Positions 20,874 through 31,864 of a stretch of DNA of 64,000 nucleotides are shown here, piece after piece. The DNA is taken from positions 1-64,000 of the IMG/VR virus record IMGVR_UViG_3300044638_007036. One strand, given 5' to 3'. Made by a program: the position numbers and the translations under genes. The notes beneath the pieces were generated by a model that saw nothing but the letters and a program-made list of their open reading frames with translations, was not told the origin of the DNA and made no database searches. Source of the DNA: a virus. Position 1 is the stretch's first letter. The number at the start of each line of letters is the position of its first letter.

Positions 20874-23800
20874 GTGGCTTCTCAAGTAATAAATCTCAAG
20901 GCTGCAGGTCTTCAAACTAATTATCAGTCCTTAATGGAGATTTCTCCGGGTGCTCTATTAAAAGCAACAAACACTGTCATAAATAGAGAAGGTATTATAG
21001 AACCTAGAAGAGGGATAAAGACTTATTCTCCTTCTGAAGTAATAGCAAGCACATCTCGTCCAGTAAAACAATTACTTGAGTATAAAGGAAGAATACTACG
21101 GCACGTTGAAAACAGATTGCAATTTGACAATGGAATAGGAACTTTTACTAGTTTTGATTATTCTGCAATTGAAGAACCTCGTTCCGGATATAGAATTAAA
21201 TCGATAGATTCTAAAAATAACCTATATTTTACCACAAGCGCAGGAGTTAGGAAGATTTCCGAAGCTTCCGCAAGTGATATAAATGTAAACTCTGTGAGAG
21301 AAGTTGGAGTTCCAAGAGCTTCTATTCGCAGTGTTAAAACTCTATACCAAGGAAATGGCAATCCTCTTTTTGGATTTTTTCCAGAATACACTCCTACTTC
21401 TACAGTATATGTAGCTTATAGAGTTACATGGTCTTATACAGATAAAACTACAAACCTACTTATAGGAGCACCTTCTCCACGAGTAGTCGCTTCTAACATA
21501 GCGAAAGAATCCTATGCTCACACTTATTTAGAAATAGATATTCCGAGTGAGATAGTAAACTCAATAAATCCTACAGAATACAGATACTCTATATATAGAT
21601 CTGAGATAAACATAGAAGAGCCAACAGATGAACTAAGATTAATTTATGAAGCAAATTTAACTACGGGATATATTGCTGCAAACGTAGTTACTTTTGAAGA
21701 TAAAGTACTAGAAGCGAATAGAGTAGGAGGTATTCCTCTTTATAGTAATCCAGAAACTGGAGAAGGTCCAACTAAAACAAATGAGCAACCGCCATTAGCG
21801 TATGATCTTGCTTTTTTTGAAGGACATTTATTCTATGCTAATACTAGAGAACGACATGCTACTCAATTAAAACTAGAGACTTTGGGATACTACGACGATG
21901 GTCAAAAACAATATCCTACTTTCCAAAATAAAAGCTTTTCCATTACAAATGGAGACATTACAAATACTTATACTTTTCAAGGAGCTAGAACTAGATATAA
22001 TATAACTTGTCCTGCAGGTAGTGCAATTGTAAATTACTCATATATAAAATTGTACTCTAGCGATAATGAGAGAGTGTATCGTATAATTTTCAACAGAACT
22101 GATGTAACTCCCGATCCTCTTCTAACTAATGCTGGAGAAATTGATATTATAGTTAATGTAAGTAGTACAACTACAGCAGCACAAGTAGCCACTGCTATAC
22201 AAACGGCATTAAGTATTGTCGGTAGTGCCGCCACTTATGATTTCACAGTTACTATTTCTTCTAATATCTTAACAATAGAAAATAAAAATAATGGAACTTC
22301 TCAATATTTTATACCGTCTCCCTTTATTTATACTCCTTTAGTTACAGGTTTAGGAGAGGATATTGTAAATAAAATTGTATTATTATCTGGAAACTCTAAT
22401 AAAGAAGAAGCATTTAGAGAGACTATGACTTCTTTAGTAAGAGTTATAAATGCTAATCCAAATGAAATAGTAAGAGCTACCTACGCTTCAAACTTATACG
22501 AACTACAAGGAAAAATTGTACTAGAATCAAAATCCTTAGAGGACTTAGCTTTCTATCTAACTTCTCTAGATTCTGTAGAGATGATAACAAGCTTCACTCC
22601 TAATTTATCTAGTAACTATAGTAATAGTGCGATTGTTTATGATAACGTAAGTAAAACCACAACAGTTACTATCCCTGCTTTAATAGAACCAGATATAAAG
22701 GCTGGAGATAAAGTAGCAATTATACAATCAAGCTCTGCGGTAAATGGACAATATGTAATTGCTTCTACGCAATATACGGGAAGCACTTTTACGTATGTAG
22801 TTAATGGTGCAATATTAGCTTTAACTGGATTTTTTGGTAAAACTGTATCTGCTAAGTCAATAAGTAAATCTCCTCAAATTAAAAATAGAATATACTATTC
22901 AAAATTTTATCAACCAGAAGCAGTTCCTTTTTTAAACTTCATGGATGTGGGGAGTTCAGAATTTGAAATTTCTAGAATAATTACTCTAAGAGAATCTTTA
23001 TTTGTTTTAAAAAAAGATGGTGTTTTTAGAATTGCTGGAGAAGGAGGAGCATCTCCCACTTTTAAGTCCTCTATTTTTGATAATACTTCTCTTATAGTAG
23101 CTCCAGATACTGCTGTAAATTTATCCAATCAGTGTTATTTTTTCAGCAATCAAGGAATAATGCGTCTTAATGAATCATCAATTGAAACTATATCTCGCCC
23201 AATACAAGATAAACTACTCCCCCTTATAACTACAAATTCCAATATATCAACCTTATCTTTTTCTGTCCCTTATGAGACGGATAGATCTTTTTTAATCTGG
23301 ACAGTCGCAAACAAAACAGACACAAAAGCTAGTATATGTTATCGCTATAATATAGATACTTCAACGTGGACCGAATGGAAAATTACGAAGTATTGTGGTA
23401 TTTTAAATGAACATCAAGATAAGCTTTATTTAGGCGGAGAGTATATTGAAGAAAATGGAAATGTCACATATTCTGTAGACATAGAAAGAAAAGACTTTAC
23501 TAGATTTGATTATGCTGATCGAGACTTTACTTTTAATTTAACTGAAATTGATCTACAGGGAGTAGAGCTAGCCCCCTCTTCTATTTATAACTTCTCAGTA
23601 GGGGACGTTGTCTTACAAGAACAGTATGTTACTATGTACCAATTTAATAGTCTTCTTAAGAAGCTAGACATGGACATGGGTTTAGATGTGCATGATTTCT
23701 ATAATTCAAATATAAAACTTGAGAATGGAAAGAGTTTATCTACTAGTATGAGTTTGTTAGTAGCTAGACTTAATTTAGCCGATTCTACGGAAACTTACAC

Positions 23801-24407
23801 TTTTAGCGGAACTACTGATTTTGCAACAATTCAAACTGAATTTAATACAATTACAACTAAATTAAATAACTCTATAAAAACTTATTTTAATAACTATCTC
23901 CTCTCGTCTGGAACATTAAATTATGAAACAATTGTAATTTCTAAAAATATGAGTTATAATACAGTTGAGTTAAAAACAGAACAACCGTTTATAGCTGGTC
24001 CTATGAAAATATACAAAGCCATCTCGACTGAAATTCAATATGCTCCTCAACATGCGGGAGATCCTTCTAGTTTTAAACAGTTTTCAGCCGGAGAATTCAT
24101 GTTTGAAAGACGATCTTTTAGTTCAGCTATAGCGTCTTACAATAGCGATATAAGTGATAATTATGAAGAGATAACATTAGTTGCTAAATCAGCTAGTAAC
24201 TATGGTAATTCTGAGTGGGGCAATGAATCTATTTGGGGAGGTCAGGGAGATCAGTCTCAAATTCGTACATATATTCCCCTTAAAAAACAACGATGCAGAT
24301 TCTTGGGATGTAAGTTTAATCATGCTATAGCTTTTGAAAATTTTCAGCTATATGGAATCTCTTTATCTGTAAGAACATACGCTATTCCAGATAGAGATTA
24401 CCGATGA
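20874..24407 (+). CDS. Probable tail nozzle/stabilisation protein (tail tubular protein B, P22 gp10-like)
   Basis: SPGALLKATN...GIIEPRRG N-terminus; FEGHLFYAN, NRIYYSK and LFVLKKDGVFRI propeller blades; WG...WG C-terminus. Confidence 0.65.
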   Translation: MASQVINLKAAGLQTNYQSLMEISPGALLKATNTVINREGIIEPRRGIKTYSPSEVIASTSRPVKQLLEYKGRILRHVENRLQFDNGIGTFTSFDYSAIEEPRSGYRIKSIDSKNNLYFTTSAGVRKISEASASDINVNSVREVGVPRASIRSVKTLYQGNGNPLFGFFPEYTPTSTVYVAYRVTWSYTDKTTNLLIGAPSPRVVASNIAKESYAHTYLEIDIPSEIVNSINPTEYRYSIYRSEINIEEPTDELRLIYEANLTTGYIAANVVTFEDKVLEANRVGGIPLYSNPETGEGPTKTNEQPPLAYDLAFFEGHLFYANTRERHATQLKLETLGYYDDGQKQYPTFQNKSFSITNGDITNTYTFQGARTRYNITCPAGSAIVNYSYIKLYSSDNERVYRIIFNRTDVTPDPLLTNAGEIDIIVNVSSTTTAAQVATAIQTALSIVGSAATYDFTVTISSNILTIENKNNGTSQYFIPSPFIYTPLVTGLGEDIVNKIVLLSGNSNKEEAFRETMTSLVRVINANPNEIVRATYASNLYELQGKIVLESKSLEDLAFYLTSLDSVEMITSFTPNLSSNYSNSAIVYDNVSKTTTVTIPALIEPDIKAGDKVAIIQSSSAVNGQYVIASTQYTGSTFTYVVNGAILALTGFFGKTVSAKSISKSPQIKNRIYYSKFYQPEAVPFLNFMDVGSSEFEISRIITLRESLFVLKKDGVFRIAGEGGASPTFKSSIFDNTSLIVAPDTAVNLSNQCYFFSNQGIMRLNESSIETISRPIQDKLLPLITTNSNISTLSFSVPYETDRSFLIWTVANKTDTKASICYRYNIDTSTWTEWKITKYCGILNEHQDKLYLGGEYIEENGNVTYSVDIERKDFTRFDYADRDFTFNLTEIDLQGVELAPSSIYNFSVGDVVLQEQYVTMYQFNSLLKKLDMDMGLDVHDFYNSNIKLENGKSLSTSMSLLVARLNLADSTETYTFSGTTDFATIQTEFNTITTKLNNSIKTYFNNYLLSSGTLNYETIVISKNMSYNTVELKTEQPFIAGPMKIYKAISTEIQYAPQHAGDPSSFKQFSAGEFMFERRSFSSAIASYNSDISDNYEEITLVAKSASNYGNSEWGNESIWGGQGDQSQIRTYIPLKKQRCRFLGCKFNHAIAFENFQLYGISLSVRTYAIPDRDYR

Positions 24408-24808
24408 AGTTAGAACCTGTTAGAATTAAAACTAATGATTTTCCAGAAGAAGATAAGCCATTCATCGATAGTTTGGGTGGTATTCTAAATCCATTCATCG
24501 ATAAGTTAATTATTGCATTTAATAAAAATCTATCAGTAGATGATAACCTTCCTTTTGAATTCAAGACCTTAGACATAAAAGTAGATACAAATGGAGTACC
24601 TTTAATTAATCAAACAGTAAAAACTGCACTGACTAACTTTAAAGGGTACATCTGTATAAATGTCACAGATGTTAATAATACTGGTAATTTACCTTCTGCA
24701 AGTCCGTTTTTAATGACTAAAACTTCAGCAGATCAAGTAAAAATAGTTAAAATTACAGGATTAACTGCTAACACATCCTACAGATTGATACTATTAGGTA
24801 TTAGTTAA
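24404..24808 (+). CDS. Tail accessory protein
   Basis: Coupled to the nozzle gene; helix followed by a small beta domain. Confidence 0.45.
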   Translation: MKLEPVRIKTNDFPEEDKPFIDSLGGILNPFIDKLIIAFNKNLSVDDNLPFEFKTLDIKVDTNGVPLINQTVKTALTNFKGYICINVTDVNNTGNLPSASPFLMTKTSADQVKIVKITGLTANTSYRLILLGIS

Positions 24809-24812
24809 TAAT

Positions 24813-24819
24813 AACAAAT
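24813..24819 (+). promoter_or_regulatory. AACAAAT motif (copy 3)
   Basis: Intergenic, 22 nt before ATG 24842. Confidence 0.55.
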
Positions 24820-24841
24820 ATTTAATAAGGTAAGGAAGTCT

Positions 24842-27424
24842 ATGAAGATAAAAATAAAAAAACCTAAATTAAAAATAAAACTAAAAGCTCCCACAATTAA
24901 AGTAGGTAAAGACCTCGGCATGAAGAATATTGGCAAAGCTGCCTCTTCTGCCGTATCTTCTGTTGGTAAAACTACAGGAGATGCCCTTAAAATAGCCGAA
25001 AGTGGTCTGAAAGCCCAAGGTAAGCTCTTAACTGGAGATTTTAAAGGTGCAGGAAAAGAAGCACTTCAAGGTTTTACTTCTGCAGGAAATATTGCCGGAG
25101 AGATTGGTGGAAATGTAGGAGGACTTGTAGGGGATAGGAAAACTGGAGATATTGCTGGAAGAATAACAGCAGATGTAGGTGCTAATGCGATTACTGGTGG
25201 AGGATACGGACTAGCTAAAACTGCAGCACAGGGACTATCTTCCGGAGGAGTAGGAGGTCTTCTAAGTAGTAAAGGGCTTCAAGAAGCTGCTCTAGGAGCT
25301 GCAGGTTCATATGCTGGAATCGATCCCAATTTAATAAAAGCAGGATTATCTGCAACACAGGGTGACATTAAAGGCGCAGCTTTATCAGGACTTAGTTCTC
25401 TAGGGGGCTTCGATCCAAAACAATTACAAATGGCATCTACTGGAGTATCTGCTCTTACGGGAGATAAAAAAGGATTAGCTTCAGGTTTAGCTTCTCAATT
25501 TGGAGCTAGTGACAGTGCAGCTAATATGCTAGGTTCCGTTGCTGGAGGAGACATTAAAGGTGCTCTTTTAGGTAAGTTAGCAGGAGCTACTGGATTAGAT
25601 CAAAAGATGCTAGAGAATGTTTCTAAGGGTAAGTTTGATCCAATGCAATTAGCTGCCGCAGGTGGATTAGATTCTTCTAGTTTACTAGGTGGAGCTGCAG
25701 ATAAACTAGGAATTAGTTCATTTACAAAATCTCCGGAAGCACAAGAAATGATAAATATGGGAAAAAGTGCAGGGAGAAGTTTAGCTTCTGTCGAAAAAAA
25801 TATTCAAGAAGCTAAGTCAACAGCAGAAGATACTTATAAGATTGCTAAAGGTGACAGCTTTAATGCCATTGCTAAGAAAATGGGAGTAACTCCTGAGCAA
25901 TTGAAAGCTGCAAATCCTCAAATAAAAGATATTAATAAAATTGCTTCTGGAGCAAACTTAAATATTCCCAAAGCTGCTAGTCAGGCAGTAGAGGGAGCTA
26001 GACAAAATGTTACAGATAAGTATTTAAAAGATGCTCAAGGAAGGACAATATATGGAGCTAATAATGCTCCTATTGCTAATCCTAATTTTAGTGCTGAAGA
26101 ATATGATAAAGCACAAGCTCAAAGAGCAGATCTTGCAGAAGACGCTGCCGCCTATGTTCCCGGTCAGCAATTAGGCGAAGAAAAATGGACTATGGATAGA
26201 GTCCTTGGAAACATAAAAAGAGAAGGTGGAAAAGCTCTTGATACAATTAAAACTGGAGCAGGTGCTGTTGGCGGAGCTATTGGAGGTGCTTTAAGTTCTG
26301 CAAAAGATTTCGCAGCAGAAAATAAAGGTGCATTAGGTTTAGCTGCAGATGCTGCGGCTGCTTATGGTGGATATAGAGCTGGACAGGAAGCTTCTGAAAA
26401 AGTAGAGGACTTATCCAAACAACAACTAAGAGATCTTCAAGCACAAGGTAAGACTTTCGAAGGCATTACTTATGATCCAGAAAGATATAAACAACAAAGA
26501 CAATTTTTACAAGAAAGTATAGCTGGTGGAGGAAGGTCTGCCCTTACTAGACAATTAGCCGCTGAATCAGATAGAGAAGCAGGAGCAGCAGAAGCCGCAG
26601 CCAGAGGAGCTGCTTTGCAAAAGGCAGCAGAGATAGGTGGCGGAGCTGGATTAGGATTAGGTTCCATGCTTCAAAGCTCATTTTCAGGAGCAGCTACAGG
26701 TGCTGGAATTAGAGGAAAAGCTGGCTTAGAAAGAGCTACTACTGCAGAGAGACAGTACAGAGAAGATTTAGAAAAAATGGGCAAGCTTTCAACTCAGCAA
26801 ACTTCAGAAGAAGCAGAACTAGCTAGACAGCAGGGAACTTTTGGACTTGATAAAACAAGAGCTGTTGGCGGAGTAAGAGGGGAACTTGGCAATATAGAAA
26901 TGGGAAGAGGAGCTGCTCTTCAAAATTTATATAGTAGTGGAGCTGATATGGCAAAGCAAGCACTATCGCTAACTCAGTCCCAACAAGAAAAAGCAAACGC
27001 TGATGCGAATGCAAAATACCAAGCCGACATGAGGGAAGCTCAGTTAGCTAAAGCTCGAAATGAAGCTGGAATGAATCAACCCACTACTCAAACACCTCCA
27101 CCGCCAGCTCCAGAAAAAACAGCGGCTGCACAGAAGCTAAGTCAAGGAACTCAAACAGTTCAAACAACTACTCCAGCAACACAACCAAAAACTGCTACTC
27201 AAAAAATGAATGAAACTTATACTGGTCCTATGGCAAGACCTCAACCAAATGCCCAACCTCAAAATCCAATGCAACAAATGACTTCTCAAATTGGTAAGTT
27301 TGCACAAGGAGCAGTGGCTAATCCGCAGCAAGCAGCTCAAACTGTACAGAAGAAAGTTGAAGAAGTAAAGAAAGATCCTTTAAAAGCAGCAACAGGTTTA
27401 TTTAATCAATGGATGGGAAAATAA
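24842..27424 (+). CDS. Internal virion/ejection protein with a LysM domain
   Basis: Gly/Ala-rich amphipathic helices; LysM YKIAKGDSFNAIAKKMGVTPEQLKAANPQIKDINKIASGANLNIP. Confidence 0.75.
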   Translation: MKIKIKKPKLKIKLKAPTIKVGKDLGMKNIGKAASSAVSSVGKTTGDALKIAESGLKAQGKLLTGDFKGAGKEALQGFTSAGNIAGEIGGNVGGLVGDRKTGDIAGRITADVGANAITGGGYGLAKTAAQGLSSGGVGGLLSSKGLQEAALGAAGSYAGIDPNLIKAGLSATQGDIKGAALSGLSSLGGFDPKQLQMASTGVSALTGDKKGLASGLASQFGASDSAANMLGSVAGGDIKGALLGKLAGATGLDQKMLENVSKGKFDPMQLAAAGGLDSSSLLGGAADKLGISSFTKSPEAQEMINMGKSAGRSLASVEKNIQEAKSTAEDTYKIAKGDSFNAIAKKMGVTPEQLKAANPQIKDINKIASGANLNIPKAASQAVEGARQNVTDKYLKDAQGRTIYGANNAPIANPNFSAEEYDKAQAQRADLAEDAAAYVPGQQLGEEKWTMDRVLGNIKREGGKALDTIKTGAGAVGGAIGGALSSAKDFAAENKGALGLAADAAAAYGGYRAGQEASEKVEDLSKQQLRDLQAQGKTFEGITYDPERYKQQRQFLQESIAGGGRSALTRQLAAESDREAGAAEAAARGAALQKAAEIGGGAGLGLGSMLQSSFSGAATGAGIRGKAGLERATTAERQYREDLEKMGKLSTQQTSEEAELARQQGTFGLDKTRAVGGVRGELGNIEMGRGAALQNLYSSGADMAKQALSLTQSQQEKANADANAKYQADMREAQLAKARNEAGMNQPTTQTPPPPAPEKTAAAQKLSQGTQTVQTTTPATQPKTATQKMNETYTGPMARPQPNAQPQNPMQQMTSQIGKFAQGAVANPQQAAQTVQKKVEEVKKDPLKAATGLFNQWMGK

Positions 27425-27426
27425 TT

Positions 27427-27936
27427 ATGAAACAAATGCCAAAGTCAACAATGAATCAAGTAAATAGAAAAATGGTTAAACCTGCAGTAAAACCTGCAAT
27501 TAGACCTAGTTTTAATAATCTTAGATCAATGTTTCGTTCTCAACAAAGACCAATGGCGCAACCTGTACAACCTCAAATGTCACAAGCACCAACTACTTCT
27601 CCGAATGATCAAGTAAAATTATCTCCCAGCATACAAGCACAGCCGCAACCAACACAGATTAAACAAGAATCTGCTCAACAACCTCTTCAGCAACTTGCTC
27701 CTTCTCCAATTCCAGAAGCTGTTCCGCAAACAGCTCCTATTCAGCAGCCTCAAACAATAGGTCCTGCTCAACAAGCAGCTCAAGATCAAAGTAAATTTGG
27801 TATGGCAATGCCTAAACCAGCTTTACCAATACAAAATCCAATTAACCCACAGCAATCTAATCAACCTCTTGAAAATCCAGAGGATGAAATTAATAAAAAA
27901 CTAAGAAATAAAACTTTTGGAGCTAGTGGTTTTTAA
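27427..27936 (+). CDS. Gln/Pro-rich disordered protein, probably internal virion
   Basis: Low-complexity Q/P composition; ATG 27427 just after the upstream stop is the likelier start. Confidence 0.6.
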   Translation: MKQMPKSTMNQVNRKMVKPAVKPAIRPSFNNLRSMFRSQQRPMAQPVQPQMSQAPTTSPNDQVKLSPSIQAQPQPTQIKQESAQQPLQQLAPSPIPEAVPQTAPIQQPQTIGPAQQAAQDQSKFGMAMPKPALPIQNPINPQQSNQPLENPEDEINKKLRNKTFGASGF

Positions 27937-27940
27937 TTAA

Positions 27941-27947
27941 AACAAAT
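27941..27947 (+). promoter_or_regulatory. AACAAAT motif (copy 4)
   Basis: Intergenic, 19 nt before ATG 27967. Confidence 0.55.
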
Positions 27948-27966
27948 AGTATAATAGAGAGTATAT

Positions 27967-29388
27967 ATGGCTTTTCAAAAAACACCAGAAGAGATAGAAG
28001 CAGAGAGAAAACTCCTAGAGGAGAGATATCCAGAATTAGTGGATACTGGAATTGATCCTACTCAAAAAGCTAGAGATGCTATAAAAAGAGTAATTGGGTC
28101 AGGATTCAAACCCGATTCTCCATTAGGACCCGCTACAGAAAGTTTAAGAATGGCTGGAACTCCTAAAGAAGAATTTGAAATGTCTCCAGAAATCAAAAAA
28201 TACGGATATGACTTATTCGGTATTAAAGATTTGGCTGGAGATGTAGAACAAGAAATTCCATTTGCCCCTAAAGAAAAAGAAGAAGCTTCAGCGCAGGAAT
28301 CTCTTCTTATGGAAGAAGAGGAAAATATAGCTCCCGAAGTTCCAGTTAAAAAGGAATCAAAATCTGCAGAATCCCCTGTACAAATTAAACAACCAATTAG
28401 AGCTGAGAAAGTTTCGCAAATTGCGGAACCTAGACAAACTCAAGCTGATATAGAAAATTTAATAAAACAAACTGAAGAAGAAGAAGATAGAGCTGCATTA
28501 TGGAAGCAATCAGCTAAACTTAGAGATGCTGTAATGGGAGCTGGTCTTGGTAGAATTAAGCAAACAGACGTTAGCATGTATGAAGACCTACAAAAAAAAG
28601 CTCAACGTCCTCTCAGAAATTTACTTTTAAAAGAAGAGTTAGAAGATAAACAACAAAAAAGAGATCCTAATAGTAATATTTCAAAGCTAATGCGTAAATC
28701 ATTAGAAGATTTAGGCGTTCGTATGCAAGGTCTTGAAAATATTTCGGCTGCTCAATTAGAAAAACTTTATCCTAATCTAGTAAGTGGTATTACGGCTAAA
28801 ATTAATGCTGAAACTAGAAGAGATATTGCGTCGATGTCTAGAGAAGATAGAGCTATTCTTAGGAGAGAAAAAGAAGATTTAAAAAAGGCAGCAGCGGCTA
28901 AACTTTCAGATAGACAATTAACTCCATTAGTAGATGTTGATTCTATTATTGGTAATCTTGATAATGTTATATCTATGGCTAATGAAAAATTTGTAGGTCC
29001 TCTTGATGCAAGAATTCCAGACGTTATGACATCTGGAGAAAATGCAGCTTTTCGCTCTTCTGTTGGAAGAATGGTAGACTCTTATAGAAAAGCAATTACG
29101 GGAGCTGGAGCAAGTGCGATGGAACTTCAAAAATTAGAAGGAAGACTCCCTCAACCTACAGATACTCTCGAACAATTTAAAGCAAAAGCTTTATCTTTTA
29201 GAAAAGAATTAGTTAGAAATAGAAACACTTATTTACGAACTTTAAAAAAACAAGGTAAGGATGTTAGTGAATGGGAGACTTCGGTAGAGTCTGAACAATC
29301 CATTACCCCAGAAGAAAGATTGAAAATGCTAGAAGAGCAACTGTCTAAAAATAGTAAGAGACTAGAAGAACTAAAAAGTAAAAGGTAA
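27967..29388 (+). CDS. Probable ejection protein
   Basis: Helical; YRKAITGAGASAMELQKLEGRLP motif is typical of podoviral DNA-transfer proteins. Confidence 0.55.
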   Translation: MAFQKTPEEIEAERKLLEERYPELVDTGIDPTQKARDAIKRVIGSGFKPDSPLGPATESLRMAGTPKEEFEMSPEIKKYGYDLFGIKDLAGDVEQEIPFAPKEKEEASAQESLLMEEEENIAPEVPVKKESKSAESPVQIKQPIRAEKVSQIAEPRQTQADIENLIKQTEEEEDRAALWKQSAKLRDAVMGAGLGRIKQTDVSMYEDLQKKAQRPLRNLLLKEELEDKQQKRDPNSNISKLMRKSLEDLGVRMQGLENISAAQLEKLYPNLVSGITAKINAETRRDIASMSREDRAILRREKEDLKKAAAAKLSDRQLTPLVDVDSIIGNLDNVISMANEKFVGPLDARIPDVMTSGENAAFRSSVGRMVDSYRKAITGAGASAMELQKLEGRLPQPTDTLEQFKAKALSFRKELVRNRNTYLRTLKKQGKDVSEWETSVESEQSITPEERLKMLEEQLSKNSKRLEELKSKR

Positions 29389-29391
29389 TAT

Positions 29392-31545
29392 ATGCCTCTG
29401 AGTCCGCAAGAAGAGCAAGAGTTATTAGATTTAGAAAATCAACAAACTGAGTTATTAACTCAATATGAATCTTTAAAAAAAGAATTTGAAACTCCAGTTC
29501 CAATGGAATCTCAATCAGAAATTGGAATGCCAGAAGCTTTTGCTCGCTCCGCTGCTCAAGCTCTTACTTTTGAAACAGCAGATGAGGCTACTGCAAGAGC
29601 AGAATCCGTACTAACTGGAAAACCTTATGAACAAGCCTTGGAAGAAACGAGAGCAAAATATAAAGCTGCAGAAGAACAGTCCCCTGCTATTTCTTTGCTA
29701 GGAGGAATTGCCGGAGGAGTAGCTCAAGGTCTTGGAGTAGCCGCTCTAACTGGAGGAGCTTCCGCTCCTGTAACAGGTGCTCAAACTTTAAGTAAAATAG
29801 CAAAGCTTGGACAGATAGCAAAAACTGCCCTATTACCTTCAACTCAAAAAGGAGTTTTGAAAAATATAGGATCTTCTGCTTTAGCTGGAGCTACTTATGG
29901 AGGTCTAACTGAAATTGGAGCTTCTGAAAAAGAAGGATTAGAAAGACTGGAAGAAGTTCCTAGATCAATTTTAACTGGCGGTATAGTAGGGGGAGCTTTT
30001 GGAGGAGCAGTAGAAGCAGGTAAAAAAACTATTGGAGCTATTGGTAAGAGTGTAAATAAAGCAATCGACGAAGGAGTACTTCCTTCATCTTTTAGAAAAA
30101 TTAGAGATGTAACTAAAGCTGGACTTGAAGGTAAAGGGTACATTTCAGAAAAAGAAATTAAAAGAATAGACGATTCTTTAGAAGATGCGGCAGAAAAGTC
30201 ACTTGCTATTATTAATGAAAATAAAAACAACGCTAGAGTACTTAAAAAAACAATAATATCTCAAGTAGATAAGCCAATCGAAATGGACACAACTTTTGTT
30301 CGATTTGCAGATGAACTAGCAGAAGAGGCGAATCAAGGAGTATCAGATGCCACTCCTGCCTTAAATAGATTACAAAAACTAGTAGAAAGTAAATTACAAC
30401 CTGATTCAACTTCTTTAAGTGCGACTGCACTTGATGATATTATAAATAAGTTAGATGACTATGCAGTAGATAATCCAGAAACTTCTGGAAGTGTTCAGAA
30501 AGTTCTTCGTAAGGGTATAAATGAATTAAAATTAAAACTTAGGTTAGCAGTAACTTCTGATGATGTTAATAATGTTTTAAATCAGAATCCAGAATTAAAA
30601 GAGAATTATTTAAAGTACGTAAAGAACATGTCGGTAGATTCTTTAGAAAATTCTCCCGTACTTTCAGAGTATGAAAAAAAGTTTTTTTCGGGATTAAAGA
30701 AATCTAAAACTGCGCAAGATAAGAAACTAGTCAAAGAAGGAATTTCTCCTGAAGATCAAACTTCTCAAGAATTAGAAGCTGCAATTAAAGAAGTTTCTAA
30801 AAAGAAGAGAGGTCGTCAAGGAATGACACAAGAGCAAAAACAAGAAAGAATTTTAGAGAAATACGGAGAAGAAGGGATCGCAGATATCCTACAAGAAATT
30901 AAAGATATCTCAAAACAAAATCCACTAGGTCAATTAGATAATGTACTTCACCATATATTAAATGCATCTGAAACATTAGGAATAAAAGTAAAAGCAAGAG
31001 ATCCTTTGGCTCAAAAATTTAAAATTTTTGATGTATTAAGGGGAAATACTGCAGAAACTGGCACTGGTCAAAAAGCTGTTATGAGGTATCAAGCTGCTAT
31101 AGACGAACTAGAGAAAGCTAATCCCGATATTGCAAAACAATTTAGAGAAGTAACGGAACCTGCAATTAAGGAACTTGAAAATAGAAAATTTCTAGAAGGA
31201 ACTAGATTGGGAGAAGGTCCTAGAGATCAAGGGGCTTTAAAGACTCTCGTTACTGCCCCAGCAGTAGCTACGGCATTAACTGGTAACTTATTAGCTCAAG
31301 CTACTAAATCAAGTTCAGCTAAGAGCTTAATGCGTCCAAGTGTTCAATTTCTTGAAAGCTTGAAAAATAAAATTGATGATAAAATTGTAGTAGAACCTAC
31401 AAACCCCGTTTTAAAATTTATATCTAAATCTTTAGAAAATGCTTTATCTGAAAAAAATGAAGCTAGAAGAGCCGCAACTTTAAATACTTTAATGCAATAC
31501 GAAACCATTAGAAAACTTTTTGAAGAAGAAAAATATGAGCGATGA
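29392..31545 (+). CDS. Probable ejection protein (inner-membrane channel type)
   Basis: AAQALTFETADE motif and Gly/Ala hydrophobic helices (LLGGIAGGVAQGLGVAALTGG), then a helical body. Confidence 0.6.
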   Translation: MPLSPQEEQELLDLENQQTELLTQYESLKKEFETPVPMESQSEIGMPEAFARSAAQALTFETADEATARAESVLTGKPYEQALEETRAKYKAAEEQSPAISLLGGIAGGVAQGLGVAALTGGASAPVTGAQTLSKIAKLGQIAKTALLPSTQKGVLKNIGSSALAGATYGGLTEIGASEKEGLERLEEVPRSILTGGIVGGAFGGAVEAGKKTIGAIGKSVNKAIDEGVLPSSFRKIRDVTKAGLEGKGYISEKEIKRIDDSLEDAAEKSLAIINENKNNARVLKKTIISQVDKPIEMDTTFVRFADELAEEANQGVSDATPALNRLQKLVESKLQPDSTSLSATALDDIINKLDDYAVDNPETSGSVQKVLRKGINELKLKLRLAVTSDDVNNVLNQNPELKENYLKYVKNMSVDSLENSPVLSEYEKKFFSGLKKSKTAQDKKLVKEGISPEDQTSQELEAAIKEVSKKKRGRQGMTQEQKQERILEKYGEEGIADILQEIKDISKQNPLGQLDNVLHHILNASETLGIKVKARDPLAQKFKIFDVLRGNTAETGTGQKAVMRYQAAIDELEKANPDIAKQFREVTEPAIKELENRKFLEGTRLGEGPRDQGALKTLVTAPAVATALTGNLLAQATKSSSAKSLMRPSVQFLESLKNKIDDKIVVEPTNPVLKFISKSLENALSEKNEARRAATLNTLMQYETIRKLFEEEKYER

Positions 31546-31864
31546 TAAATTAAACAAGATCGAAGAGAAAATTGATAAGATTAACGAAAAGTTAAATGAG
31601 ATTCATGTTACTTTAGCAGAGAATACTCAATCTCTAATCGTACACGAAAAGAGAACGGATCTTGCAGAACAAAAATTAGAATTGCTTGAATTAGAACTTA
31701 AAGAAAGAGCTGAGATAAGTTCTGATGCTGTTAAAGAAATCTCTAAAAGAATAGAACCCATCCATGATCATGTGATAGTAGTTAGTGCTGTGGTAAAATA
31801 TGTTATACCAGCTATATGTACAGTATTAGCTTTCTTCTATAAGTTTAATATTCTTAAATTTTGA
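31535..31864 (+). CDS. Coiled-coil protein with C-terminal TM segment (XhlA/holin-like)
   Basis: KLNKIEEKIDKI coil and C-terminal hydrophobic helix; last gene of the late operon. Confidence 0.5.
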   Translation: MSDDKLNKIEEKIDKINEKLNEIHVTLAENTQSLIVHEKRTDLAEQKLELLELELKERAEISSDAVKEISKRIEPIHDHVIVVSAVVKYVIPAICTVLAFFYKFNILKF

